Positions 8,930 to 18,900 of a stretch of 57,192 bases of DNA are shown one piece after another. This DNA comes from a virus (Duplodnaviria > Caudoviricetes): the IMG/VR virus record IMGVR_UViG_3300028025_001682, positions 1-57,192 of that record. The stretch is one strand, 5' to 3'. The first letter of the stretch is position 1, and each line of letters opens with the position of its first letter. The position numbers and the translations under genes are program-made. A model generated the notes under the pieces. That model saw only the letters and a program-made list of their open reading frames with translations. It searched no databases and was not told the DNA's origin.

Positions 8930-9175
8930 ATGTTTTTAAGAGAATTCATTTACTTTGATAAAAATCAGGCAAGTATGACTGATGATAATCGCTATAATTC
9001 GGACAACGATACTAGCGTTTTAAAGTCTAGTGACCTTAGAAAAACACGGTTAACACTTCGTATGTTAAACGATTTGCGTAAAGCAGGTGACGCTAGAGAG
9101 TCCGAAAAGAAGGAAGAACTAGCATTAGTTAGAAAGATGTACGCTACGCCTCCTCCGGAAGCAGCAGCCGTATAA
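8930..9175 (+). CDS. Small head-module protein (hypothetical)
   Basis: 81 aa between portal and core gene; RKTRLTLRMLNDLRK helix. Confidence 0.7.
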   Translation: MFLREFIYFDKNQASMTDDNRYNSDNDTSVLKSSDLRKTRLTLRMLNDLRKAGDARESEKKEELALVRKMYATPPPEAAAV

Positions 9176-9247
9176 TCAGGTAGTTTAATATTTTTCGTCA
9201 AGAATTTAAATATTTTAGACAAAAACTTATTAAATTTCATCTTCTTC

Positions 9248-9277
9248 GGTCAAAAAGAGACGCTTTTTGGCCTATTT
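9248..9277 (+). terminator. Possible intrinsic terminator / hairpin
   Basis: GGTCAAAAAG-AGACG-CTTTTTGGCC then TATTT. Confidence 0.35.
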
Positions 9278-9301
9278 CCAACACGTTTATATAATAGTGT
9301 T

Positions 9302-9307
9302 TAAATA
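9302..9307 (+). promoter_or_regulatory. Late promoter core TAAATA for the head operon
   Basis: TTTAAATA upstream of AAGGAG and ATG 9352. Confidence 0.6.
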
Positions 9308-9351
9308 ACAACACAGCCTTGCCGCGAAACTAATTAAGGAGAAAACCCGCA

Positions 9352-10353
9352 ATGTCTACAAAGTTTGAACAACTATTAGACTTGATCGTCAATGAAGAAA
9401 TGGATAAAGCCAATGAGCTATTCCATGAGATCGTTGTTGAGAAGTCAAGAGATATCTATGAGAATTTAATTGCTGAAGAAGCAGAAGAAGAAATGGACGA
9501 AGCCGCTGACGAAGAAATGGACGAAAGCAGCGATGAAGAAGAAATGGATGAGTCCGCTGACGAAGAAGAAATGGACGAGTCTGCAGAAGAAACAGAAGAA
9601 TCCGTTGACCTAGAAGACAGCTACAGCATGGAAGCTGACGACGAAGAAGGCGATATGGGCGGTGACGCTACAGACGACTTCGGCGCTGACGTTGGTGCTA
9701 TGGACGGTGAAATGGGTGGCGAAGAAGGTGAAGACGCAGCCATTTTTGACATCAAGAACGCCATTGAAGAACTAGAAGCAGCCTTTGCTAAACTAGAACA
9801 AGCCCAAGGTTCTGAAGAGCCACACGGTGAGTTCGGTGACGAAGAAGGTGGCGAAGAAGACGAAATGGAAATGATGGGTCAACCAGCATTCGAAGGTCGT
9901 CGTATGACACGTGAGTACACTGAGAACGTTGGTACTAACTGGGAAAAAGGTAGCACACAGAAAGCTCAAGGCCAATACGCAGGTGCTGGTACAGGCGATA
10001 AAGAAGGTGCTCCAGTAGAAGGTAAAAGCCCAATCAGCAGTGGTTCTGGTAAGCCAAACAGCGGCGCTAATGCTAAAAATCTAGCACAAGGCCAAGCTGA
10101 AGGTCAGAGCAACACTGGTACAAGCCCAGGTAAAGTAAACAACGGCATTACAAAAACAGCCGGTGAAAAACTTGCTAGTGGCATGCACAATGTTGACGGA
10201 GTTAAGTCTGGCGTTAAGACACTAAGCAAAGTTGCTGGTGGCCATGGCGCTGAGAAGAAGGGTGCTGCTCCAGGACCAGTAGGTTCCGGAACAGGCGACA
10301 AAGCTGGTCAAACCAGTGTTGCTAAGATCCCTACATTTCTTAAGAAACTATAA
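9352..10353 (+). CDS. Acidic prohead core/scaffold-like protein
   Basis: Very Glu/Asp-rich N-half, Gly/Lys-rich C-half; sits between portal and protease like T4 gp67/gp68. Confidence 0.65.
   Translation: MSTKFEQLLDLIVNEEMDKANELFHEIVVEKSRDIYENLIAEEAEEEMDEAADEEMDESSDEEEMDESADEEEMDESAEETEESVDLEDSYSMEADDEEGDMGGDATDDFGADVGAMDGEMGGEEGEDAAIFDIKNAIEELEAAFAKLEQAQGSEEPHGEFGDEEGGEEDEMEMMGQPAFEGRRMTREYTENVGTNWEKGSTQKAQGQYAGAGTGDKEGAPVEGKSPISSGSGKPNSGANAKNLAQGQAEGQSNTGTSPGKVNNGITKTAGEKLASGMHNVDGVKSGVKTLSKVAGGHGAEKKGAAPGPVGSGTGDKAGQTSVAKIPTFLKKL
9484..9591 (+). repeat. Four imperfect 24-27 nt tandem repeats encoding EE(E)MDE(A/S)xD
   Basis: gaagaaatgga(c/t)ga(a/g) occurs four times. Confidence 0.75.
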
Positions 10354-10366
10354 TTAGAGAACCTGG

Positions 10367-10996
10367 ATGAAACCCACGTATCTAAGAGAACACCTAAGTT
10401 TTGATCAGTCCGGCATCATTCTTGAGTCGGATGACAAGGATGGCAAGAATCTTCACTTGAAGGGCATTGCCATTCAAGGTGGTATTCGCAACGCTAATCA
10501 ACGTGTCTACCCTGTAGACGAAATTGAACGTGCTGTGAAAACACTTAATGATCAGATTCAGAACGGTTATTCTGTCTTAGGTGAAGTTGATCACCCAGAT
10601 GATCTTAAAGTAAATTTGGACCGTGTGTCCCATATGATAACAAATATGTGGATGGAAGGTCCTAACGGTTATGGTAAGTTTAAAATCTTACCAACACCGA
10701 TGGGTAACTTAATTCGAACTATGTTAGAAGCCGGTGTAAAACTTGGCGTCAGCTCAAGAGGCAGCGGCAACGTTGACGATATGAGCGGCAAAGTATCTGA
10801 CTTCGAAATTATCACAGTTGATATAGTTGCACAGCCAAGCGCACCAGGTGCGTATCCTACACCCGTTTATGAGCATTTGATGAACGCACGTGGTGGATAC
10901 AAAGCATTCCAGGTTGCAAAAGAAGTAAAAGAAGATCCAAAGGCCCAGAAATATTTGCAAGAATCTCTCTTGCAGATTATTAAAGGTCTAAAATAA
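10367..10996 (+). CDS. gp21: Prohead protease
   Basis: NANQRVYP, LGEVDHP, VSH, GVSSRGSG, DIVAQPSAPGA. Confidence 0.95.
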   Translation: MKPTYLREHLSFDQSGIILESDDKDGKNLHLKGIAIQGGIRNANQRVYPVDEIERAVKTLNDQIQNGYSVLGEVDHPDDLKVNLDRVSHMITNMWMEGPNGYGKFKILPTPMGNLIRTMLEAGVKLGVSSRGSGNVDDMSGKVSDFEIITVDIVAQPSAPGAYPTPVYEHLMNARGGYKAFQVAKEVKEDPKAQKYLQESLLQIIKGLK

Positions 10997-11012
10997 GCCC
11001 GAGGAGAAATTA

Positions 11013-12098
11013 ATGTTGGACGCATTCAAACAATTAGTAGAGTCAGGTGTTATGTCAGAAGAAGTAAAATCTGCTGTCGAAAACGCTTTCACTCAAAAGA
11101 TTCAAGAAAATCGCGACCAAGTAACCGCAGAACTTCGTGAAGAGTTTGCACAAAAATACAGCCATGATAAGTCTGTTATGGTTGAAGCAATCGACAAGAT
11201 GTTAAGCGATAGATTGGCCGCAGAAATGGCCGAATTGCACAATGACAAGAAAGCACTAGCTGAAGCAAAAGCACAATACCAAACACGTATTAGTGAAGAT
11301 GCTAAGAAGTTAGAGAGTTTTGTTATGAACCAATTAGGCAGAGAGTTAGTAGAGTTCCAAGGAGACCGTAAGAAAGTTTCTGAGAACTTTGGTAAGTTAG
11401 AGCAATTTGTTGTACACGCTCTAGCAAAAGAGATCAGTGAATTTGCCGCTGACAAGAAGGATCTAGCTGAAACTAAAGTTAAGTTAGTTCGTGAAGCCAA
11501 GAGCAAGTTTGATGAGATTCGTCAAGCCTTTATTACACAAAGCGCAAAAGTAGTTGAAAGCGTAGTCACTAACAAGTTGACATCTGAAATTCACCAGTTG
11601 AAAGAAGATATTGACAGTGCTCGTAACAACGACTTTGGTCGTAGATTGTATGAAGCGTTTGCACAAGAGTATGCAGGTTCCTTCCTAAACGAGAAGTCTG
11701 AGACAAGTAAATTGTTAAAGATCATTGCTAAGAAAGATCAAGAACTAGCAGAGTCTAAACAAGTTATTGCAGAAAAAGCAAATCTAGTTGAATCCACACA
11801 ACGCGAAATTCGTGTTACTAAGGATTTGATGGAGCGCAAGAATGTAATGGCTGAGTTAGTAGCACCATTAAGTGGTGAAAAGAGAGTCGTAATGCAAGAA
11901 TTGTTAGAGTCTGTACAAACAGGCAAACTACATGCTGCATTTGACAAATACCTACCCGCAGTAATGGAAGGTGCCAAGCCTGTAGCTAAAAAAGCTATGT
12001 TAGCAGAAAGCACTGAAGTAACTGGTAATCGTGAAAGCAAGCCCGAGGTAGGCTTAGATAACATCTTAGACATCCGCAAGTTAGCGGGTCTAAAATAA
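11013..12098 (+). CDS. gp22: Prohead scaffold protein
   Basis: Long Glu/Lys coiled coil between protease and major capsid; GAGGAG SD. Confidence 0.8.
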   Translation: MLDAFKQLVESGVMSEEVKSAVENAFTQKIQENRDQVTAELREEFAQKYSHDKSVMVEAIDKMLSDRLAAEMAELHNDKKALAEAKAQYQTRISEDAKKLESFVMNQLGRELVEFQGDRKKVSENFGKLEQFVVHALAKEISEFAADKKDLAETKVKLVREAKSKFDEIRQAFITQSAKVVESVVTNKLTSEIHQLKEDIDSARNNDFGRRLYEAFAQEYAGSFLNEKSETSKLLKIIAKKDQELAESKQVIAEKANLVESTQREIRVTKDLMERKNVMAELVAPLSGEKRVVMQELLESVQTGKLHAAFDKYLPAVMEGAKPVAKKAMLAESTEVTGNRESKPEVGLDNILDIRKLAGLK

Positions 12099-12122
12099 TT
12101 AAATTCAAGGAGAAGACATAAA

Positions 12123-13304
12123 ATGTCACAATTATTAAATGAAAGATGGTCAGAGACCAAAGAAGCTCTGCTTGAAGGCCTATCTGGTACACGTAAGTCA
12201 TCTATGGCAGTTTGCCTAGAGAACACACGCCGTCACTTGGCTGAGAGCGCAACTGCTGGTGCTACAAGCGCTGGTAACATCGCAACACTTAACCGTGTTA
12301 TTCTTCCAGTAATCCGTCGTGTTATGCCGACTGTTATTGCTAACGAAATCATCGGCGTTCAGCCAATGACTGGACCTGTTGCACAGATCCACACTCTACG
12401 TGTTCGTTATGCTGACGGTGTTGCATCTGGCGACACAGTTACAGCCGGTGAAGAGGCACTAAGCCCATTCAAGATCGCTCAAGCGTATTCTGGTAACAAC
12501 GCTTCTAACGGTGGTGCTAATACCACAGCCGCTCTAGAAGGTACACCAGGTAAGCGTATGAGCATTCAGATCTTAAAGAGCCCAGTTGAAGCTAAGTCTC
12601 GTAAACTAAGCGCTCGCTGGACTTTTGAAGCTGCTCAAGATGCACAAGCCCAACAAGGTATTGACATCGAAGCAGAAATCATGGCTGCTCTAGCACAAGA
12701 AATCACAGCTGAAATCGACCAAGAGATTCTAACATCTCTACGTTCTTTAGCTTCTGTTGAAGAAACTTATGACCAATCTTTAGTATCTGGTACAGCTACT
12801 TTCGTTGGTGATGAGCACGCTGCTCTTGCTATCCAGATCAACCGCGTAAGCAACTTGATCGCCCAACGTACACGTCGTGGCGCAGGTAACTGGGCTGTTG
12901 TTTCTAACCAAGCATTGACAATTCTACAATCTGCTACTACCAGCGCTTTTGCTCGTACAACAGAAGGCACATTCGAAGCTCCTACAAACACTAAGTTTGT
13001 TGGTACATTGAATGGCGCTATGAGAATTTATGTTGACGCATACAAGTCTGACACAGACGACAACAACCAAGTTCTAATTGGTTACAAAGGAACTTCTGAG
13101 GCAGATGCTGCTGCATTCTATTGCCCATACATTCCTCTAATGTCTTCTGGCGTTGTTCTAGACCCAGCAACATTCGAGCCAGTAGTTGGCTTCCTAACAC
13201 GTTACGGCTACGTAGAGTTGAGCAACACTGCTTCTTCTCTAGGTAACGCTGCTGACTATCTAGGTAAAGTTGCTATCACTAGCGCAAACGTAAGCTTCAA
13301 GTAA
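12123..13304 (+). CDS. gp23: Major capsid protein
   Basis: GVQPMTGP, AKSRKLSARWTFEAAQD, EITAEIDQE, FYCPYIPL, TRYG; strong codon bias. Confidence 0.97.
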   Translation: MSQLLNERWSETKEALLEGLSGTRKSSMAVCLENTRRHLAESATAGATSAGNIATLNRVILPVIRRVMPTVIANEIIGVQPMTGPVAQIHTLRVRYADGVASGDTVTAGEEALSPFKIAQAYSGNNASNGGANTTAALEGTPGKRMSIQILKSPVEAKSRKLSARWTFEAAQDAQAQQGIDIEAEIMAALAQEITAEIDQEILTSLRSLASVEETYDQSLVSGTATFVGDEHAALAIQINRVSNLIAQRTRRGAGNWAVVSNQALTILQSATTSAFARTTEGTFEAPTNTKFVGTLNGAMRIYVDAYKSDTDDNNQVLIGYKGTSEADAAAFYCPYIPLMSSGVVLDPATFEPVVGFLTRYGYVELSNTASSLGNAADYLGKVAITSANVSFK

Positions 13305-13331
13305 TCCGTTACTTGTTTTTACAAACAAAAC

Positions 13332-13353
13332 AACCCGCTTCGGCGGGTTTTTT
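13332..13353 (+). terminator. Intrinsic terminator with C(UUCG)G loop
   Basis: AACCCGC-TTCG-GCGGGTT-TTTT after capsid gene. Confidence 0.9.
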
Positions 13354-13366
13354 GTTGACTATCCAA

Positions 13367-13372
13367 TAAATA
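13367..13372 (+). promoter_or_regulatory. Late promoter core TAAATA
   Basis: AATAAATA just downstream of terminator. Confidence 0.65.
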
Positions 13373-13387
13373 AACAGTCTAGATTAT

Positions 13388-13422
13388 TATGCTGTACCCA
13401 CAGCGTATGTCATAGAATGACA
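13388..13422 (+). promoter_or_regulatory. Two-hairpin leader motif, copy 1
   Basis: TATGCTGT-ACCC-ACAGCGTA then TGTCA-TAGAA-TGACA, directly before AAGGA. Confidence 0.65.
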
Positions 13423-13438
13423 CTTAAGGAATTAAAAA

Positions 13439-14557
13439 ATGGGAAGACCTCTCAAGAAAAAATTGTTTGGCGCTAATGCCAATAACAATCTTAAAGTACA
13501 ATTCAGCACAGGAACTAACGCAAGTGTTCCTGGATACATTGTTGAACAACTGGGTACTAAAAAATTTAAATGCCGAGATGCAAATGGTTATACAGCAATT
13601 TGCAGATTAGTTACAAAGCCAGCCGCACTATTAAGTTCTGGAGAAATGAGTATTACTGTTAAGTATGATGACAACACAGTAAGACAAGTTTACAAAATTG
13701 CGGCACACAGAATTTCTGTCAATCCTATTAGCACAGGTACTACTACAGTAGGTATGGCTACAGCAGGATGGACATTCTCTACAAGCACAACAGATACATT
13801 ATGGCAGATTGAAGAAGCTGGTACTGACACTACAGTTACTGGTGATATTGATCTTGAAGGTGACGACGGCCCAACATTACCGTTTGGAATGGATCGTAAT
13901 GCTCCGTTGCCAGGAAGTGGTGCTCCTCTCTTTACAACAGCAACATCTGGCATTGTAGCCTACACATTAAAAGGTACAGCATACAATCCAGGCGCTGGCG
14001 TAGCAAGTGTTACAAACAGCACAGCTGGTCTATACCGTAAGAAGTATGTTGGTTTAGCTTTAACTGCTGCTGGAAATACAAGTACATGGAACATGAACTT
14101 CTTTAGTACAGGTACATCGATCTCGACAGCAGATAAAGAAGTTGATACTTTTGTTAGCTTTGGACAACGCGATGACTTGCCCTACGAAGATGGTTACAGT
14201 TTTGAGTGGAAAGGTTATATCTACGCAGATACAACAGCTACCTATAACACTGCTATTACCTGCGATGACGATGTAGTTATGTGGGTTGGTAGTGCAGCCT
14301 TAGCACCTGCTAAGACAAACGCTCACCATGCACAGGCCTACATCAATCAAGGTCAAGTTGGATACAATCCTAACAGTTTATCTTTAACTGGCGGTTTGTA
14401 TTATCCAGTTAGAATTTGGTTTACTGAATACGGCGGCAGCGAACGCTTCCAGCTATTCATGAATCGTTCTACAGGAGCTCAAACAATGTTAGGTGGTACT
14501 GGAACAAGTGCAATTACATTTGCTCACAACAGTGCTACACAAGGATACAACCCATAA
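13439..14557 (+). CDS. Putative capsid decoration protein with C-terminal PA14/GLEYA-like domain
   Basis: MGRPLKKK start; EWKGYIY..TATY....CDD...MWVG and GLYYPVRIWFTEYGG are PA14-like; follows capsid gene. Confidence 0.65.
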   Translation: MGRPLKKKLFGANANNNLKVQFSTGTNASVPGYIVEQLGTKKFKCRDANGYTAICRLVTKPAALLSSGEMSITVKYDDNTVRQVYKIAAHRISVNPISTGTTTVGMATAGWTFSTSTTDTLWQIEEAGTDTTVTGDIDLEGDDGPTLPFGMDRNAPLPGSGAPLFTTATSGIVAYTLKGTAYNPGAGVASVTNSTAGLYRKKYVGLALTAAGNTSTWNMNFFSTGTSISTADKEVDTFVSFGQRDDLPYEDGYSFEWKGYIYADTTATYNTAITCDDDVVMWVGSAALAPAKTNAHHAQAYINQGQVGYNPNSLSLTGGLYYPVRIWFTEYGGSERFQLFMNRSTGAQTMLGGTGTSAITFAHNSATQGYNP

Positions 14558-14564
14558 TGGGTTT

Positions 14565-14601
14565 TATGCGGTACCCACTCCGCGTAGCAGATAGATTCTG
14601 C
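14565..14601 (+). promoter_or_regulatory. Two-hairpin leader motif, copy 2
   Basis: TATGCGG-TACCCACT-CCGCGTA then GCAGA-TAGAT-TCTGC, before AAGGA. Confidence 0.65.
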
Positions 14602-14626
14602 TAATTTTTATATAAAGGAAAACAAA

Positions 14627-15343
14627 ATGGGACGCCCAATTAAAAAGAAATTCTTCGGTAATCTAATTACCCCTTATCAAAATCAAGCAACCGGTGGCCG
14701 TACTGGTGTCGGCGGTGAAGGTATCACTACTTTATTAGTTACAAACACTGCAACTAACAGCGGATATAGCACAACAACTTCAGTTACTTGGGTAGCAAGT
14801 GCTCCTCAGATTGCTGGTGGTGTTGCTGCCAGCGGTACAGCCGCAGTTACCTATGTAGGTGGCACAGGCCGTATTCAAAGTTTAACTGTTGTTGATTCTG
14901 GTACTGGCTATACAACAACAGGTAGTTTAGCATTAACATTTACACCTAGCTCAGCAGGTACAGCCGCAACTTTTGTTGCTACAACATCTACAACACGTCA
15001 AAATGCTATTGCATTTGTTTCTTACCTAACAACAGGTTCTAGTGCGGTTAATTCTGGTGACATTCTAAAACAAGAAGCCAGCAAGCGTTATCTAGTTCAA
15101 AATTCTCAAGGTCAAGGCCAGTGCAAACTAGTAGCATCACCGACTCTAGCAGCAGGTCAAATGAATATCATTGCTACTGATGCTAATGGAAGCACTTACT
15201 TTGTTAAGAAGCTAACAGCTCGTAAAGCAGTTGTTGCACAATCTACAATGAGTACTGCATTCTTAGTAGGTGACGGTGTATCTACAGGATGGACTTTAGA
15301 TGCGCCATCTGGAACTATTGTCTCTATTAGAGATACTGTCTAA
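14627..15343 (+). CDS. Putative capsid decoration protein, paralog of 13439
   Basis: MGRPIKKKFFG start; shared I..Q...K.(Y/F).....G...C.LV and G.M.I motifs. Confidence 0.65.
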   Translation: MGRPIKKKFFGNLITPYQNQATGGRTGVGGEGITTLLVTNTATNSGYSTTTSVTWVASAPQIAGGVAASGTAAVTYVGGTGRIQSLTVVDSGTGYTTTGSLALTFTPSSAGTAATFVATTSTTRQNAIAFVSYLTTGSSAVNSGDILKQEASKRYLVQNSQGQGQCKLVASPTLAAGQMNIIATDANGSTYFVKKLTARKAVVAQSTMSTAFLVGDGVSTGWTLDAPSGTIVSIRDTV

Positions 15344-15361
15344 TATTTTTAGATATAATAA

Positions 15362-15384
15362 AGGGACTCTTCGGAGTCCTTTTT
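15362..15384 (+). terminator. Intrinsic terminator with C(UUCG)G loop
   Basis: GGACTC-TTCG-GAGTCC-TTTTT. Confidence 0.88.
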
Positions 15385-15423
15385 CATTTAATATGTATAA
15401 AATCTATTTAGGTAAATATAGGT

Positions 15424-15948
15424 ATGACCACTAATTGGACCTTACCTAGATCGATAATTCAATATGCAGAAGTTGGCGGAGAAGATGCTCATGTTTCTTG
15501 GCAGGATGTCAGCGATTTTCATGGATTAAAGAATTTAGATGGCAAGTCTGTAAGAACTACTAGAGATTTAGTTCATATTGCTAGAGAACCTAGACACGAT
15601 ATAACAGAAAAAACTTACTATCTAAAACTTACAAATTTTAATTTTGTAAATTTACCAGCTACGTTATCTGGTATTGAATTAAAACTGTCAATGAATAGAC
15701 TAGGTAGAATTACGGACGAAACTGTTCAACTATGCCGCAACGATGAACTTATAGGTGATAATCATGCATCTTTAAATTTAGATCCTATAAAGATTTATGG
15801 TAGCGAAACAGACAATTGGAACACTAACTTAACTATGTCAGATATACAAAATTCTTCATTTGGAGTTGTAATAAGATTTCAAAGCCATCCAAATTGGCCT
15901 CATAAAAGCAGTCCTTTGATAGACGCAGTTGAACTAAGGATTCACTAA
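15424..15948 (+). CDS. Hypothetical virion protein
   Basis: 174 aa beta-rich ORF; TAAATA at 15413-15418, 5 nt before ATG. Confidence 0.7.
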   Translation: MTTNWTLPRSIIQYAEVGGEDAHVSWQDVSDFHGLKNLDGKSVRTTRDLVHIAREPRHDITEKTYYLKLTNFNFVNLPATLSGIELKLSMNRLGRITDETVQLCRNDELIGDNHASLNLDPIKIYGSETDNWNTNLTMSDIQNSSFGVVIRFQSHPNWPHKSSPLIDAVELRIH

Positions 15949-15974
15949 ACAAATAAATACACTGAGGATCAACT

Positions 15975-18900
15975 ATGGCAATCACTACCTATTACTCTAC
16001 CACACCAAACGGCAGCACTGCTACCGGAACTAATCAATCTAATGTTTTAAACATTCCTAACGACTATTTGTTAAATGTTGCTGGAGGAAAAATAAACGTT
16101 ATATCTGGTGGTGATACTATTGTCGAAGCAGGAGGCAATGCAGAAATATATGCAGGCACTGAAATCATTATTGAAGCTACTGGTGATAATGTTACCATTG
16201 AATCAGTTGGCAGTAAGGTTACCATAGATGCTGCTTCTAATATTGAACTAACTGCAAATACAAAAGTAATTGTAGATGCTCCCGACACAGAAATATGGGG
16301 TAATACTCAACTAGGCAACGATTTAAATGGTGATGAAACAGATTTCCAATCTAGAATTATCAGTGATTTTCTTCCTAAAGTAGCCAGCGGTGAAACAACA
16401 TCAACATACAGTATCGGTTCATCTTCAACTCAATGGTTAAAGACAAATATCTCTGAAGGTGAATATTTCAGCGGTAAGAATCCCGGTAACCCATATTTTG
16501 AATTTGGACCAAACGGCCGCCCATACGATCCAGGTGACATTTATGATACAGCTGAACATAGAAAACAAGCATCTGTATATGTTGCAGGTGGAGTGGGTAT
16601 TGAAAAAGATTTGAACGTAGGTGGTAGAATCTATGGTAGAATTGAAATCGCTAATACTTCTTTCCAATTAGTAATTACTTCAACAAACGTAGATCAAGTA
16701 TTCCATCCGCTGTTTGCCTTGAACTCAGGAGAACAGTTTGTTTATGTTGACAACGTTGGACTTGAAAATGGTTTAACTTACAATCCATTTTCTGGAAGAC
16801 TTGGTGTTGAATTATTGAAAGTTGTAAACACACAAACTGCTACAGCGACCACTGGCTCTATAAGAGTTGAAGGTGGTATTAGCGTCGGTGAAAATATTGT
16901 TACCAAAGAAGTTACTCCTCTTGAAGATGCAGAAACAGCCACTGAAGTATATGGACTAGGTACGACTTCTTCACAGTGGGCAGAAGCATACGTACACAAT
17001 CTTTACACTAAAGTAATTGCATCTACTGATAACAGTAATATAGAAATTAAACCTCAAGGTGGTCGAGCTGACATATTTGGAGACCTTAGAGTTAGAGGCA
17101 CTAACCCAATTGGAACTGCTCCTGTAGTTTCAAATACCTTGTATGTTACCATGGACGGTGATGATACCAATGACGGTCGAGCCATGGATGCAAGCCGTGC
17201 TTGCCGCACTATTGGCGGCGCTGTAAACAGCCCGTACTATCAACCAGGTACACAAATTTTAGTCAGTGCCGGCTTCTACTTAGAAGACAATCCTATTAGA
17301 ATGAAGCCTTACACTTCTATTAGAGGCAGTGACATTCGTACAACATTTATTGAACCAATTAATAAAACACAAGATTTATTCCATGTCGACAGTGGATGTT
17401 ATCTAAACTATATGACATTCTTGAACGGACGTTCAGGATTACTTGAAGGTGATTACGAACCTCAATTTAATAGAGGTGCCTATGCTACATCATTCCCTCC
17501 ATTAGAAGGCGATGAGCGTATTGACTTGTTCCACTCTCCATACATTCAAAACTGTACTAATCAAAGTGGCCCATGGTTGAAAGATGGTACAATGTTTGTA
17601 CCAAATCAAACAGTCCAAGTTCCTAGAGCAGTTGGCACAGGCACTTGGGTTGCTAATACTACTACGTTAATTGTTAATGTAAATGCTGGCACAATTACAC
17701 AAGGCGATTCTGTAAATGCAGGACAACAGAATCCAGGGTTCTTCAATGCTCGTACATTGATGTTGGCTAACAAGCCATTCTTACAAGAGCAAGTTGTTGC
17801 CTATGTTGATGCTACATTCAACAGCGGATCATTTACATATAATGTGCCCAAGTGCAGACGAGATCTAGGACTTATTGTAGATTCTATCTCCATGGACATG
17901 TTGTACAACAGTGACAGTGATAGTATATTTGCAGGTCTTCAATATTGGAGTCAAAGCAGTTCTGCTATTCCAGGAGAAGAAACAACTACTACCGCAGCTA
18001 TTACTAATCTAAAAAGTTTGGCAGCAACAGTGGCATTAAATGCTGGTGGTGCAACTCCTCAAACCACTGTTAACACTCTGTTCTCTACAATTACAAATAT
18101 TATCACCAATGGAACAGTTAACATCAGTGATCAAATTTTAGCTAATGGATTACCAAGTACTGATTCAAATACAGTTGCAGCCTATACAGCATTGTTGGCT
18201 AACAAAGCAAGTTTGCAAACTCAAACATTGGCCTGGATCGCTACAAACCATCCAACGTTTGTTTATAACACTACTACATGCGCCAGAGACGTAGGATACA
18301 TTATTGACAGTGTAGCATTTGACTTGTTACACGGTGGAACAAAACAAAGTGTTAAGTCTGGAGTTTATTACTACAACTACAGTACAACCAGCACAACTAT
18401 ACCTAATGAAATTCCGCAGACTACTGCGGCCTACAGTTATCTAAAGAGAATTATTCCTAACATTGTCACGGGTGAACCTCTTGCAACAGTTTATCAAACT
18501 GGAACAACACAGGTAATTATTGGTCAGCCAATTGCCAGCACCTATGAAGCTGAAGCATTGCAGGCTAAGATTGATGTTATCACTAATATTATTAGAAACG
18601 GTCCCGATGTTGTTACAAGTCAAGAACCTATTGATTTAGAAATTAACCCATCTGAAGAAGCAGTACACGCATTCAATCTATTAGAAGCTAATAAAACTTT
18701 TATCAAAGATGAGGTAATTGCTTATATTAATGCAACTACGGGTGTATTTGATTATAGTAGAGAATATTGCTACAGAGACGTGGGTATTCTAGTAGAGAAT
18801 ATTGCCTACGATGCTGCATTTGGTGGAAACCAAAAAGCAGTTGAAAGCGGTCTAGCTTACTATGACGGTGTTATCAGTAAGATATCAGGACAAGAATCAC

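Noticed and set aside
9484-9591. CRISPR-like array
   Set aside because: In-frame coding repeats with no unique spacers; no cas genes
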